Source: an uncultured Phycisphaerales bacterium
GTDB lineage: Bacteria; Planctomycetota; Phycisphaerae; Sedimentisphaerales; Anaerobacaceae
Assembly: GCA_963772725.1 (NCBI GenBank)
Contig: CAVYYI010000001.1
Span: 864,001-928,000, forward strand
Length of the DNA: 64,000 bases
Direction of reading: 5' to 3'
A program made the translations under genes and the position numbers. Every line of letters starts with the position of its first letter. The stretch's first letter is position 1. Below, in pieces: positions 30,274 through 42,709 of the stretch. The notes beneath the pieces were generated by a model. That model saw only the letters and a list, made by a program, of their open reading frames with translations, did no database searches and was not told the DNA's origin.

Positions 30274-33153
30274 AACAATGGCGGTTTGAGATATTTAATC
30301 GTTCGGGAATGGCGGATGTAAACGGCAGCGGTGTGCTGGAGAGTATTAAGGAACTTGGCATTAATTCCGTTGAGGCGGTTCAGTCGGCAAGAGTATTCCT
30401 GATTGAAGCGGATTTCGATGAGCAGTTCGCAAGACGTGTAGGCAGCGAACTTTTGAGCGACCCTATCTGCGAGGAGTATCACATCGGGCGCAGCGGGCCG
30501 CCGGCTGGACTGGCCAAAGCCACGATTATCGAGGTGCATCTAAAAAGCGGAGTGACCGACCCTGTCGCGGAATCGGTGACAGCGGCGATAGCGGATATGG
30601 GAATGGCGGCGGGCAATGTAAGAACAGCCCGCAAATACGTACTGCTGGGTTCAATCAGCGATGCGCAGGCCAATCTTATCGCCAAGAAAATTCTCGCCAA
30701 TGACTGTATTGAAACATGTATTTTCGGCAACGAATCGGAACCGCCGAGCCCACATACGAAGCCTTATGAATTTAAGCTGGTGCATTGCCCAATACGTGAA
30801 CTTGATGATAACGGCTTGATTGGGTTGAGCAAAAAAAGAGACCTGTTCCTTAATCTTGTTGAGATGCAGACAATTCAGAATTATTTCAGGAAGCTGGACA
30901 GAGAACCAACGGACATCGAACTTGAGAGTATCGCGCAGACGTGGAGCGAACACTGCGTTCATAAAACGCTGAAAAGCCCAGTCGATATGACCCTTGACGG
31001 GAAAGAGACGCATTTCAATAACCTGCTCAAGGAAACCGTTTTTAACGCCACAAAAGAACTGAATAAGGACTGGTGCATATCGGTTTTCGCTGATAATGCG
31101 GGCGTAGTTGAATTCGATGAAGATACGGCGGTGTGCTTTAAGGTTGAGACGCACAATCACCCTTCCGCGCTTGACCCTTACGGCGGCGCGGCGACCGGAA
31201 TCGGCGGAGTAATTCGTGACCCGATGGGTACCGGCCTTGGCGCGAAACCCGTCGCGAATACAGATATATTCTGTTTTGGCGAGCCTGATAAAAAACTCGA
31301 AGATGTCCCCAAGGGCGTTTTGCACCCGCGAAGAATTATGAAAGGCGTAGTCGCGGGCGTTCGCGATTACGGCAACAGGATGGGAATACCAACGGTAAAT
31401 GGCGCGATATATTTCGACGAGCGATATATGGCTAATCCGCTGGTGTTTTGCGGCAACATCGGGCTGATAGAAAAGGACAAATGCTTCAAGCATCAGCAAA
31501 GCGGAAGCCTGGTTATCGTAGTCGGTGGCAGAACCGGACGGGACGGAATCCACGGCGCGACTTTCTCAAGCGGCCAGATGACTCACGAGCACGAAACGGT
31601 TTTTTCGCATGCGGTGCAGATTGGTAACGCAATAACTGAAAAGAAGACACTCGATGTTCTGCTTCAGGCCAAAGAGGCCGGACTTTACGAGGCGATTACC
31701 GATTGCGGCGCGGGAGGACTGAGCAGCGCAGTCGGTGAAATGGGAGAAAAACTCGGCGTCGAAGTTGACCTGGAAAAAGTTCCGCTTAAATACGCGGGCC
31801 TTAACTACTGCGAAATCTGGATTAGCGAAGCGCAGGAAAGAATGGTCATATCGGTCAAGCCTGAAAATTTGGAAGCGATTAAGAAAATTTTCGACAGCGA
31901 AAATGTCGAAGCCACCGTAATCGGCAGATTCACAGGAGACCAAAAGCTGACACTGCGATACAACGGGCAGCAGGTAGGCCAACTGGATATGAATTTTCTT
32001 CACGACGGTGTGCCCAAATATACGCGTAAAGCGGCATGGAACACGCTGGCAATTAAGCGAGCCGAATCTGTCGGAAAAGGAAAATTACAATGAGGATTTG
32101 CTGCGGATTCTTTCTTCGTATAACGTCGCAAGCAAAGAATGGGTGATTCGCCAGTACGACCACGAGGTTCAGGGCGGTTCGGTGATTAAACCGCTGACGG
32201 GCGTAACAAATGACGGCCCCAGCGATGCGGCGGTGATAAAGCCGAAGTACAACTCAGATAAAGGTGTCGCGATAAGCTGCGGGATGAACCCACTGTACGG
32301 CGACATCGACCCGTATTGGATGGCGATAGCCGGTATAGACGAGGCGGTTAGGAACCTGATTTGCGTTGGTGCGCGTTTCGACAGAATCGCGGTGCTGGAC
32401 AATTTCTGCTGGGGCGACTGCAAAAAACCCGAGACTCTCGGCTCACTCGTTCGTGCGGCACAGGCGTGCTACGATGGGGCAATAGCATTCGGGACACCTT
32501 TCATTTCTGGCAAGGACTCGCTGAATAATGAATTTGCCTGCGAGGACGGCACACAAATAGCAATACCGGCAACACTTTTAATAAGCGCGCTGTCGCTCGT
32601 TGATAACATAAATAAATGCGTAACGATGGATGCCAAAGAAAGCGGAAACCTGCTGTTCATCGTGGGGCAAACCCGAAACGAGCTTGGCGGTTCACATTAC
32701 TATAAGATTCAAGGCAAAATCGGAGCTAACGTCCCGAAAGTCGATCTGGAAAAGGCTCCGAAAATCGCACGGAAGATTTCTGAGGCGATACAAAAAGGAA
32801 TTGTTGCGAGCTGCCATGATTGTTCAGAGGGCGGTGTTGCGACTGCCTTGGCGGAGATGGCGTTTGCGGGCGGACTGGGTATAGAGGCAGATCTTCGCGG
32901 CCTGCCCAAAAGCGGTGATTGTATGCGAGCCGATGCGCAGTTGTTCAGCGAATCGACAAGCCGTTATATTGTTGAGGTTGCACCTGACAATTACAATGCT
33001 TTTGCCAAGCTGATGCTGAATATGCCGTTCGGTCAAATCGGCAGAGTTACGGAGCAGAAAAAGCTCGTGATAAAAGCACAAAACGGAAAGGCCGTTGTAA
33101 ATCTGGATTTGGATTTGCTCAAGCAGGCATGGCAGAAAGCGTTTAATTGGTAA
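30270..33153 (+). CDS. purL: FGAM synthase subunit PurL with PurS-like N-terminal extension, frameshift near 32050
   Basis: [56 protein letters not shown]. Confidence 0.95.
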
Positions 33154-33189
33154 TTTTAAAAAAACAAGATACCTTAAGGATAGAAATAG

Positions 33190-33972
33190 ATGCAAGTTAA
33201 AGCAATAGTATTAAGGGCAGCAGGAATTAACTGCGATATGGAAACACAATTTGCTCTCGAAGCGGCAGGTGCGACGGCTCAGAGAGTTCATATAAACACA
33301 CTTATAGACAACTCCGCCTTACTCGATGAATATCATATCCTCGTTTTTCCGGGCGGGTTCAGTTACGGCGACGACGTGGCGGCGGGAAAGATTCTCGCCA
33401 ACCAGGTTGCACATCATCTTTATGAGCCTATCAGAAAATTTATCGACGCGGGCAAACTCGTTTTGGGTATCTGCAACGGCTTTCAAGTTATCGTTAAGGC
33501 AGGCTTTCTGCCGGCGGAAGATTCCGCAAAACGTCAAGAGACTGTGACCATTACCAATAATGACTGCGGGAAATTCGAAGACCGCTGGGTGTACTTGACA
33601 CCTCAAACCGACAAATGCGTTTTCATCGAGCCAGGCAGGCAGATATATCTGCCGATAGCGCACGGTGAAGGTAAGGTCGTTACCAAAGATATCGCAACTC
33701 TTGAAAAACTCAGGACGGGCGGCCATATCGCATTTAAATATGTTGACGAAAATGGCAATGAAGGCGGATTTCCGGTCAATCCCAACGGTTCGGTAGATTC
33801 CATCGCGGGGTTGACGGACAAGACCGGCAGGGTTCTCGGCCTGATGCCTCACCCGGAAAGATTTGTCAGGCCGACACAGCACCCCCGCTGGTCAAGGCCA
33901 AAAACAAAACCTGACGCCGATGGTATGACCATCTTCAACAACGCCGTAAAATACTGCACGGAAAATCTTTAA
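33190..33972 (+). CDS. purQ: FGAM synthase glutaminase subunit
   Basis: PGGFSYGD, GICNGFQ, AHGEG, NPNGS, MPHPER. Confidence 0.96.
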   Translation: MQVKAIVLRAAGINCDMETQFALEAAGATAQRVHINTLIDNSALLDEYHILVFPGGFSYGDDVAAGKILANQVAHHLYEPIRKFIDAGKLVLGICNGFQVIVKAGFLPAEDSAKRQETVTITNNDCGKFEDRWVYLTPQTDKCVFIEPGRQIYLPIAHGEGKVVTKDIATLEKLRTGGHIAFKYVDENGNEGGFPVNPNGSVDSIAGLTDKTGRVLGLMPHPERFVRPTQHPRWSRPKTKPDADGMTIFNNAVKYCTENL

Positions 33973-34227
33973 AACGCATTTCACTGCTGAGAAACTATGA
34001 AAGCCAGGTCTCGCAGTAGAAAGATTAATTTGTGGGGGGCATTTTTACCCACAGCCTTTGGGACGATAATAAAATTTAACAGATAGGCTGATAATCATTT
34101 TACAATTCTCATTGAGAACATGCCATGTAACGGATACAATCTGGGCAAATAAAAATTTAATGACGGCCAAGTATGCAATAAAGGGTATAGCCTATTGACG
34201 GATATTTATAAAACTACTGGTGGTGAG

Positions 34228-35474
34228 ATGTCGCTGAGGGAGCGGATTCGCAGGGCGCGGGCGAAATTTGCGGCGATGGCGGGGACTTATTTTGTCGGCG
34301 TATTTAATGATAATTTTTTTAAGCAGGCGGCGCTTCTTATGGCGGTCGCGGCAGGGAAAACGGAGATACAGGGATACGCGACGATAATATTTACTTTGCC
34401 GTTATATTGTTGGCGGCGCAGGCGGGATGGTGCGCGGACAGATTTTCAAAGCGTTCGGTGGTTATCGCGGCGAAAATACTTGAACTTGTGGCGATGATTT
34501 TCGGGGCGATGGGGGTTATTTACGGCAACTGGATTTTGATATTGTGATGCTCGGCATAGAGGGGATTCAGGCGGCGATATTCAGCCCGGCATTGAACGGC
34601 TCGATTCCTGAACTCTATCCGGCCGAGTATGTTATTACAGCCAACGCCATAATAAAAATGATAAGTACGGCGGCGATCCTTGGCGGGCATAGCGGCGGCG
34701 GGATTTGTGCTGGATATAAAAGGCGGCATTGGGGATATGCCGTTTAACCGGATAGCGGTGTCAGGGATTGTCATAGGTATATCGCTTGTCGGTGTGCTGA
34801 TGAGTTTTGGCGTGGCGCAGATTTCCCGCGGCGTCACCTAAGTGCAAAATTCCCGTGGAGGGGCCGGTTGAAACATTAAAGATTCTTTATGCGACACGGC
34901 TTGATTCGCTGCTGGCGATTGCGATAGCGGCCAACACTTTTTTCTGGTTCATCGGTTCGCTTGAGGTGCTGGTGATTAATCAGTATGGGTTTCACAGTTA
35001 CGATTGAGTAATTCGATGACGAGTCTGTTAGCGGTCGCGGAAATGGTGGGCATCGCGGCTGGGGGATTGTTGAGCGTGTATCTTGACGAAAAAGATAAAA
35101 TGGTATCGGCTGCTTGGGCCAGCGGGTTTGTAATGGCGGCGTGTATGATGATTCTGGCGGCGGTGCCATATCTTAATGATTCCGTAAAATTGATATGTCT
35201 TTTTGCCGCACTTGTTTTGATGGGGATGGCGGGCGGCGTGTATGTGATTCCGCTTGAGGCGTTTATACAGGTTCGGCCTGCGGCGGACCGCAAAGGGGCG
35301 ACGATTGCAGCGGCGAATTTTGCGGCCTTTAGCGGGATTTTGCTTTCAGGGCCGACATTGAATCTTTTCGACAGTTTGGCGATCAAGCCAAGTAATGATT
35401 TTGCGATTATGGGTGTGATGACGCTGGCGATGGCCGGGTTTCTTTTTCTGCGAAAGAGAACAACAAATGATTGA
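34228..35474 (+). CDS. MFS transporter (LplT / Aas-associated type), multiple frameshifts
   Basis: GVFNDNFFKQ, GIQAAIFSPALNGSIPE, YVIPLEAFIQ...IAAANF pieces in successive frames. Confidence 0.75.
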
Positions 35475-38099
35475 TCTTTTACTGACAGACGATAGTTAAA
35501 TGGATGCTTGCTGCGGTACCGCGTGCGGCTTGTCGGCATGGAGAAAATTGCGGCCAAAGGGAGAAAAGGGATTTTGTTTTTTCCCAATCATCCTGCGCTG
35601 ATCGACCCGGTGATTTTCTATGCTTATCTGCATCCTGTGTTTACTCCTCACGCCATCGGCGACCGGGACCAGGTTGAGCAGGTTTTTGATTCGCTGGTTT
35701 GCAAAGCGGCTTGGTGTGCGGACTATCGGCTCAATGGCAACTTACGGCTCGGCGGTCAGAAATGGAATAGAGCGGGTGCTCGATGAAAGTGTCGAAGGGA
35801 CTTAAGGAGGGCGAAAATCTTATGCTGTGGCCTGCCGGGCAGGTATATCGGAGCGATCTTGAAATCTCGGCGGCAACAGTTCCGTCGAACGGATTTTGCG
35901 GCAGTGTCCCGATGTGCGTGTGGTGCTGATACGGACGAGAGGTTTATGGGGCAGCAGTTTCGGCTGGGCGTCAGGGAATTCGCCGAAGGTGGGAAAGGTT
36001 TTGCGGAAAGGGATTTTAACGCTTTTGGCCAAGCGGCATATTTTTTTCACCGCGGCGCGAGATTACGATTGAGTTTTATGAGCCTGCGGATTTGCCGCGG
36101 CGAAGCCGACCGCAATACGCTCAACCGTTTTCTCGAAGCATATTATAATGAAAATGCACCGCAGGCGTCCGCATATGCCGTATACGATATGGGAGCGAGG
36201 CGGCGAAAGGACAATTGCCAGAGCCGGCTTTGCCAAAATTCGCAGGCGATGAGACGGCCGTGCCTGCCGCAACACGCAAGATGGTGCTGGATTATATCTC
36301 CAAACTTTCCGGCGTTTCAAATCCTAAGGACAGCGACCATCTTGCCCGCGACCTGGGTATGGACAGCCTTGCGCGAACGGATGTGATGCTGTGGCTTGAA
36401 AAAGAATTTGGTTTTCCGCAGGCCGACTGCAGATGCGATGCAAACGGTCGGCGATGCGATGCTGGCGGCATGCGGGCAGTTTGTCTATTCAAAGCCGGTG
36501 GAGTTAAAGCCTGTTGCGAAACAATGGTTTGCCGGTGAAGATAAAGAGAAAATTACCATGCCGGCAGGTAATACCATAACTGAAATATTTCTTGAGCAGG
36601 CGGCGAAGAATCCGTCGAAGATTATCATCGCCGACCAGGCGAGCGGGGCAAAATCGTTTCGCGATATTATCACGGCGTGTCTGGTGTTAAAGCCTTTTAT
36701 TGAAAAGCTCGACGGCGAGTGTGTTGGCATAATGCTGCCGCCGTCGGTGGGGGCGGATGATTACATATCTGGCGACACTGTTTGCGGGCAAAACGCCCGT
36801 GATGGTCAACTGGACGCTGGGGCAAAAAAATATTGTCGAATCGCTCAATTCGGTCGAGAGTGCAGAAGCGTGCTTACGTCCGAGGTGCTTGTAAAAAAAC
36901 TGGCTTCGCAGGGCAATGAACTTTCAGCGATGAAAAGCGATTTGTGTTTCTGGAATCGCTGGGGCAGTCGATATCGAAATTCGATGAAATTACGAGCATG
37001 GCTTGGGGGCTATTTGTCGTGGGCGGCTGTTATACAAGGCAAAAGTTTCGCGAATGGCGGCTATTCTTTTTACCAGCGGCTCGGAGACAGTGCCAAAGGC
37101 CGTGCCGCTTACTCACAACAATATACTTACCAATTTGCAGGATGTGCTGCGCGTAATAACGGTGCGTGAAAATGACCGGCTGATAGGGTTTTTGCCGCCA
37201 TTTCATTCGTTCGGGCTTACATGCACGATGATTGTGCCGATTTGCGGTGCGGTGCCGACGGTGTATCATCCTAATCCGATGGAAGCGGGATTTATGGCTC
37301 GGATGATTGAGGCGTATCGCGTAACAATGCTTATCGGCACACCGACGTTTGTCGGTGGAATTATGCGGGCAGCGGGAGAAGCAGCAGCTTTCTTCGCTTC
37401 GGCTTGCTGTTACCGGGGCGGAAAAATGCTCTGAAAAAATTTATACCGCACTAAAAGAAAAATGTGCCAACGCGGTTATTCTCGAAGGTTATGGCGTCAC
37501 GGAATGTTCACCGATAATATCCCTCAACGATGAAAATAATCCGAGACCTTTTACTATCGGCAAGGTGCTGCCGTCGCTGCGAATATCTACTTACAGACCC
37601 TGAGAGCGGCAAAGTAGTTATCCCCCCTGCCGCTGGGATATTGCATGTTAGAGGGCCGAGTGTTTTTGAGGGCTATCTTAATTACAATGGGCAATCTCCG
37701 TTTGTTGAGATAGAGGGCAAAAAATGGTACAGGACGGGCGACCTTGTAAGTGTCGATGAAGAAGGTGTTTTTACTTTTCACGGAAGGCTCAAGCGATTTG
37801 TAAAACTCGGCGGCGAAATGATTTCGCTGCCTGCAATTGAAGCGGTTCTTGAAAAATATCTGGCTGAGGAAAAGGATGAAGGCCCTGTTCTGGCTGTTGA
37901 GGCGACAGGCGGTGAACAGCCTGAACTTGTGCTTTTTACCATCCGTGACATCGACCGCGAAACGGTCAATCGTTATATCCGCGAGTCTGGCCTGTCCGGC
38001 CTGCATAATATCCGCAGAGTAATCAAGCTTGAAGGAATTCCGACGCTTGGAACAGGTAAAACTGATTACAGAGCGTTAAAGGCAATTCTGGCGAAATAA
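35467..38099 (+). CDS. Aas-like acyltransferase-ACP-acyl-AMP ligase fusion, multiple frameshifts
   Basis: PNHPALIDP (PlsC), LGMDSL (ACP), LFTSGSETVPK, EGYGVTECSP, YRTGD, GRLKRFVKLGGEMISL, LGTGKTDY. Confidence 0.8.
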
Positions 38100-38107
38100 T
38101 TGTCAAC

Positions 38108-38944
38108 CTATCGCCTTGTTTTGACCCAGGTTTTATAATCTGGGACATAATATGGGGAATTATCTTTGCCGATAGAGCCAATGTTCAGTTTTGGCGATGT
38201 ATATTCGCCGTCTTCCAAATCTTTCAATGCGCAATGGCCGTCCGCAAAAACTACGTTTGCTCTATTGTTATGGCGAAAAGAGGTGGTAGGTGATATATTT
38301 TTAGTCCAATACAAACAGCTTGGTGCTAATATATAAGGCGGGTCTAGTAAGGCGATGTTGGTCAATATCGGATTACTGCCGCTAGTATCCCAATCCATCA
38401 TAGTATCGGCGAAAACAATCAGCGTGCCGGGGCCGGAGATGGCAGTTACTTTTTTCCAGGGCAGTTGTTTCAATTCCATCCAACCGCTGGCGGGTGGGCA
38501 AAGATAGTAGCCGTTATAGCCGTAAGTGCTTGTAATCCATTTTGGGTTATCTGGAGCATTGGCGGGTCTGCCCTGAAGTTTATAATTACCATAAGGCTGC
38601 ATTGGACATTCATAAACGCTATGTTTTTTAAGTTCGCTCTTGAGATATGGCCAGACAAAACCCCTTGTGTGGTCGATGCCGTCAGAGAGTTTTTGCCCCC
38701 ACCAGTATACGCCGTTTGAGCCACACACGGTAGGCATAGTGTAATCATCATTATCCATCGCGTAGCAGTTAAACGCGAAATAAAGCTGCCTTAAGTTGCT
38801 CATGCACTCCATCGACTTGGCCTGCACTTTGGCACGAGTCAGCGATGGAAGCATAACAGACATAAGAAGAGCTATTATGCCTATAACAACGAGCAGCTCA
38901 ATCAAAGTAAAGGCTTTACAATTTTTACGATTTTCCAATTTCAT
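38108..38944 (-). CDS. Prepilin-type N-terminal cleavage protein with H-X9-DG C-terminal motif (Planctomycete pseudopilin-like)
   Basis: KAFTLIELLVVIGIIALL; CMSNLRQ; RHNNRANVVFADGH. Confidence 0.9.
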   Translation of the reverse strand: MKLENRKNCKAFTLIELLVVIGIIALLMSVMLPSLTRAKVQAKSMECMSNLRQLYFAFNCYAMDNDDYTMPTVCGSNGVYWWGQKLSDGIDHTRGFVWPYLKSELKKHSVYECPMQPYGNYKLQGRPANAPDNPKWITSTYGYNGYYLCPPASGWMELKQLPWKKVTAISGPGTLIVFADTMMDWDTSGSNPILTNIALLDPPYILAPSCLYWTKNISPTTSFRHNNRANVVFADGHCALKDLEDGEYTSPKLNIGSIGKDNSPYYVPDYKTWVKTRR

Positions 38945-38954
38945 ACCATTACAC

Positions 38955-40503
38955 TTAATTCAATTGTTTTTGCCATTGCTCCGCGAGCAGCGCTAAATCA
39001 GCAAAATCGACTTTGCCATCAACGTTTAGGTCGCATCGTTGGGTGCCTATTGGTTTATTTGCAAGCCATTTGCTGGAAAATTCCGCCAGGTCAGCGGTAT
39101 TGATGGCTTTATCACCGTTTACGTCACCCAGTAATGCCTGCTTATAAAATTTAAATAAACCGCCGGAACCTAAGGTGTAAATACTGTCATAAGTTACGGC
39201 GGGGCTGTTTCCGCATTGGGCGTCATTATAATGAGCGATAATAAAATCAGGATTGTTCGGCTCAAGTGAGACATCGATGATGTAAAGTTCTGAATATCCG
39301 CCGAAATAGTTTCCGCCAAGCGTAATTGCACAACATATAATTTGCCGTTGGCATAGACGGGCTGATTAGTCCAGCCGCCCAAATCCATACCTGCGGGCGT
39401 TTCCCAAAGTTTGACGGCTGAATCGCCGAGGTCATGATAGGCCTGTACTTTTGGTCTTCAACCCAGCCGTCAATGCCTGCGCTGACATAAATTTTATCAC
39501 CTACGACAACAGGTATTGAGTCTGTGCGTTCGACCGGTGTTGTCCAGACAATGCGGCCGTCATTGCAGTCGATTTTACACAGCAATGAATTGTCCTGATT
39601 GGCGTCGGCCCAGTCGTAGCCCGCGGCGTATAAAAAGCCGTTATCAGCGACATTTACACCGCCGGAAAAACCGTCGAAATTTGGGTCTGAGGCCTGCCAG
39701 AGTTTTACGGGTTCGGCTGCGCTTGCGCGATAGGCGTATATTGTGGGATAATAGTTTTCTGTATCTGCCGCTGAGGCGACATAAACGACGTCATTTTTAT
39801 AAGCTGGGGAATCGCCGCTGGTGGTGCCTATAGTGGCGGACCAGACAATTTGGCCTGGTTCATAAGGATTGCCGGATTCGTTGGGGTCGAGGTTGACGCA
39901 GTATATTTTGCCGGAACTGCCGAAACCGTCGTAATCTGTAATAAAGGCTCTGGCGTGCGGAATATCAATCGCGATACATGGGGAGGCGTTTATTACGTAG
40001 GTATCAAGCAGAGTCGCCCATTTTGCTGTGCCGGTTTGCGCGTTGAGAGCATAGAGTTTCATTCCAGAGCCGATTAGAATGGTATTGTGTTTTGCGTCAA
40101 TGCAGGGACTTGAAATTGAATCCCACTGGGCGGGGTCGATAAGTGCAGACCATAAATTCAGGCCGGAGTTGGCATCATAAGCCATAATCTGGCTGTTGGT
40201 GTAATCATAACCGGTCGGCGACTTTTCATTGGGCTCAAAATACTTGGCATAGGCATAGACTCTGTCGTTATAAACCACCGGTGCCGTGGCACTTTCAAAA
40301 ACTATGCCATAACCTGGCCAACAGGGGTCTTCCCACGCGTTCCATTTAAGCGTTCCGGAGTTTATAGTATTCGGGCCGTCAATCGCGATGGAATTGCGGG
40401 CCGGGCCGTTTCCCAGATGTGTCCAATCCTGCGGCGAGACAGCATTCGCGATGCAGGCACCCGCCAATAATACAACCAGATTCATCACCATTCTTGAAGC
40501 CAT
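38955..40503 (-). CDS. Secreted PQQ-like beta-propeller protein with C-terminal dockerin-like double EF-hand, frameshifts near 39460-39190
   Basis: Signal peptide; LYALNAQTGTAKW-type repeats; tail GDVNGDKAINTADL...CDLNVDGKVDFADLALLAEQW. Confidence 0.78.
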
Positions 40504-40543
40504 TTTTTCTCCTATATTTTTTCCAAAATTTTAATCAGCCAAT

Positions 40544-40580
40544 AAAAAAACCGCCGTTCCCACGAATGAGAACGGCGGCT
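40544..40580 (-). terminator. Intrinsic terminator in the riboswitch leader
   Basis: GCCGCCGTTCTCA-TTCG-TGGGAACGGCGGT followed by a T run, about 40 nt before the ATG at 40503. Confidence 0.8.
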
Positions 40581-40687
40581 TTAAGCGACTAATCTTAAAA
40601 TCCCGGACGACCTTCCTGAAATCAGTAAGAAGAGCCTGTGCGGGCCACACCATGTTCCTACTCGCGAGAACACTTGTTATGGAACCG

Positions 40688-40888
40688 ACCACAGGCAGGT
40701 TTTCTGACTCGCGTCTTACCTTAAGGCCCCTTCCCATTCGTCAAAGACGAACAGTGGATAAAATGCCTAAGGACTTCCGAATTGACATTCGGAGCAGACG
40801 CTCACAGCGGCGCGACCGTGCGGATTTAAACCGCTTCCCGTTTTGCTATTCCGAAGAGAAATTCCCCGGAACCTGCAGCCAGATATTA
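40688..40888 (-). ncRNA. Cobalamin (AdoCbl) riboswitch
   Basis: Minus strand: AGGTTC...AACGGGAAGCGGTTTAAATCCGCACGGTCGCGCCGCTGTGA...CCACTG...GGGAAGG...GAGTCAGAAAACCTGCC (B12 box). Confidence 0.9.
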
Positions 40889-40962
40889 ATTTTTAAAAGA
40901 GCAAAGTTATAACCCTATTACCAGACCCGATAAACTTATGCAAGAAAAAAAATATAATTAGC

Positions 40963-42475
40963 GTAATGGGTCAGTTATGGGTGGGAGATATTGATTTTGC
41001 TGTAAGTATTAAGGTCGTCAAGTTTATGGCGTAGGATTTCCGATAAAATCCACAGTTTGATGAGATAAGACAAACAAATCGGAAATAAACGCAGATGATT
41101 TACTGTCAGCAATGCCTTGAAAAACAACGTAAAATCGATGAGCTTCAGGAACAGATAGTTTCACTCAAGGCAAAATTACGACACAAGGAAAGGACAGCCC
41201 AAGAAGGTTTTTTCGGCTCATCCACGCCATCCGCTAAAATTCCCATTAAGCCGAATTGTCAGATAGAACACACAAATAATTGCGGCGGAGGCAGAACCGG
41301 TGTCTGTGAAAAAGATGCGGACTATGTGCAAAGGGTTGAGGCAGCCGATATATGCCCTGATTGCGGAAGCATTTTGGAGAACAAAGGCACAAGACAACGA
41401 GCGGTAATTGATTGCCAGCCTGTTAAGATAAAAAAGCTTCTGTATAATTTGGAACGCAAGTATTGTCCGCGATGCCAAAAGGTAGTTGCCGCCAAACCTC
41501 CTGGTGTTCTGCCAAAGTGTTTATATTCGAATAATCTGCTTGTCTATGTGGCAGTACAGCACTATATCTATGGCAATACACTGGGTCAGATAGAAAAACA
41601 AACAGGCATCGGCTACAGCAGTATAGTTGACGCTTTGCACCAGTTGGCAGGGATATTGAAAGATGTTCCCGAAATCACTCATAGAAGACTATCGCAAGGC
41701 CGCTGTTAAGCACGCTGATGAGACTGGTTGGCGGACAGACGGCCAGAACGGTTTCTCGTGGCTGTTTTGCACGCCTGATATTAGTATCTTTCGATTCCGC
41801 TCCAGCCGTTCTGCCCGTGTAGCCAAAGAGGTTTTTGGCGAAAAGCCCTTGCCGGGTGTTCTGGTTGTGGATCGCTATAACGGCTACAATAGGATGCCTT
41901 GTAAGATTCAATATTGTTATGCACATCTATTGCGTAATGTTAAGGATTTGGAAAAAGATTTTCCCGAAAACATGGAAATCAGGTCTTTCGTTGAAGCGTT
42001 GGTCTCCCAGTTGGCTAATGCAATCAGCCTTCGCACATTAGATATAACAGACCGACAGTTTAAGCGGCAGGCGGCTAAAATTAAGAGAGCCATCATCGAT
42101 ATTGTTAATCACCATGCCAACCATCCGGCCATCCAGAATATGCAGGATATTTTTCGTGAAAAGGCCGATAGGCTTTACCACTGGGCCGATGACCGTAAGG
42201 TACCGGCAGATAACAATTTGGCTGAACGGGAACTGCGTCCGCTTGTTATTGCCAGAAAGATAAGTTTCGGCTCTCAATCTGAAGATGGGGCAAAAACGCG
42301 TGAGATTCTTATGACGGTATTACATACTATGCGAAAAAGATGTCCGGATGTTGTTGATGCCTTCAAGTCTGCCCTCGACAAACTTGCCGAACAGCCTGAT
42401 ATAGACCTTTCCAAAGTTCTCCTCCGTCCAGACTCATCATAACATGCACCTGCCCACCCATAACTGACCCATTAC
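40963..42475 (+). mobile_element. Single-ORF IS66-family element, copy 2 (24-bp deletion and +1 frameshift in transposase)
   Basis: Same IR as 24471..26006; 8-bp target duplication TAATTAGC at 40955-40962 and 42476-42483. Confidence 0.95.
41095..42442 (+). pseudogene. IS66-family transposase, disrupted
   Basis: Near-identical to 24504..25874; GGGKTGHKGHGRTG shortened to GGGRTG; frameshift near 41670. Confidence 0.85.
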
Positions 42476-42483
42476 TAATTAGC

Positions 42484-42521
42484 AAAAAAAAAGCCAAATT
42501 CCATAAAAGAAACTTGGCTTC
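42484..42521 (-). terminator. Intrinsic terminator-like hairpin
   Basis: AAGCCAAG...TTTGGCTT followed by a T run. Confidence 0.6.
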
Positions 42522-42709
42522 GGAGGAGGGTGATGAACAACTTTAAGGGGGGATTTTAAGCCCCCCCCGCTTTTCAGCACCCGCATCAAATTCGACATCA
42601 ATAATATCCTCTGCTCAAAACGACACAATAAGGATAAACCTTAATTTCAGTTTCCAAATACCTTATAAATCCGCCGCCAGGACAATATAGAAATAATCAA
42701 TAGTTGCCT

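Noticed and set aside
30651..31553. Long antisense ORFs (also 20875..21516, 47151..47795, 52088..52738)
   Set aside because: They are shadows of well-supported genes on the opposite strand and have no recognisable motifs.
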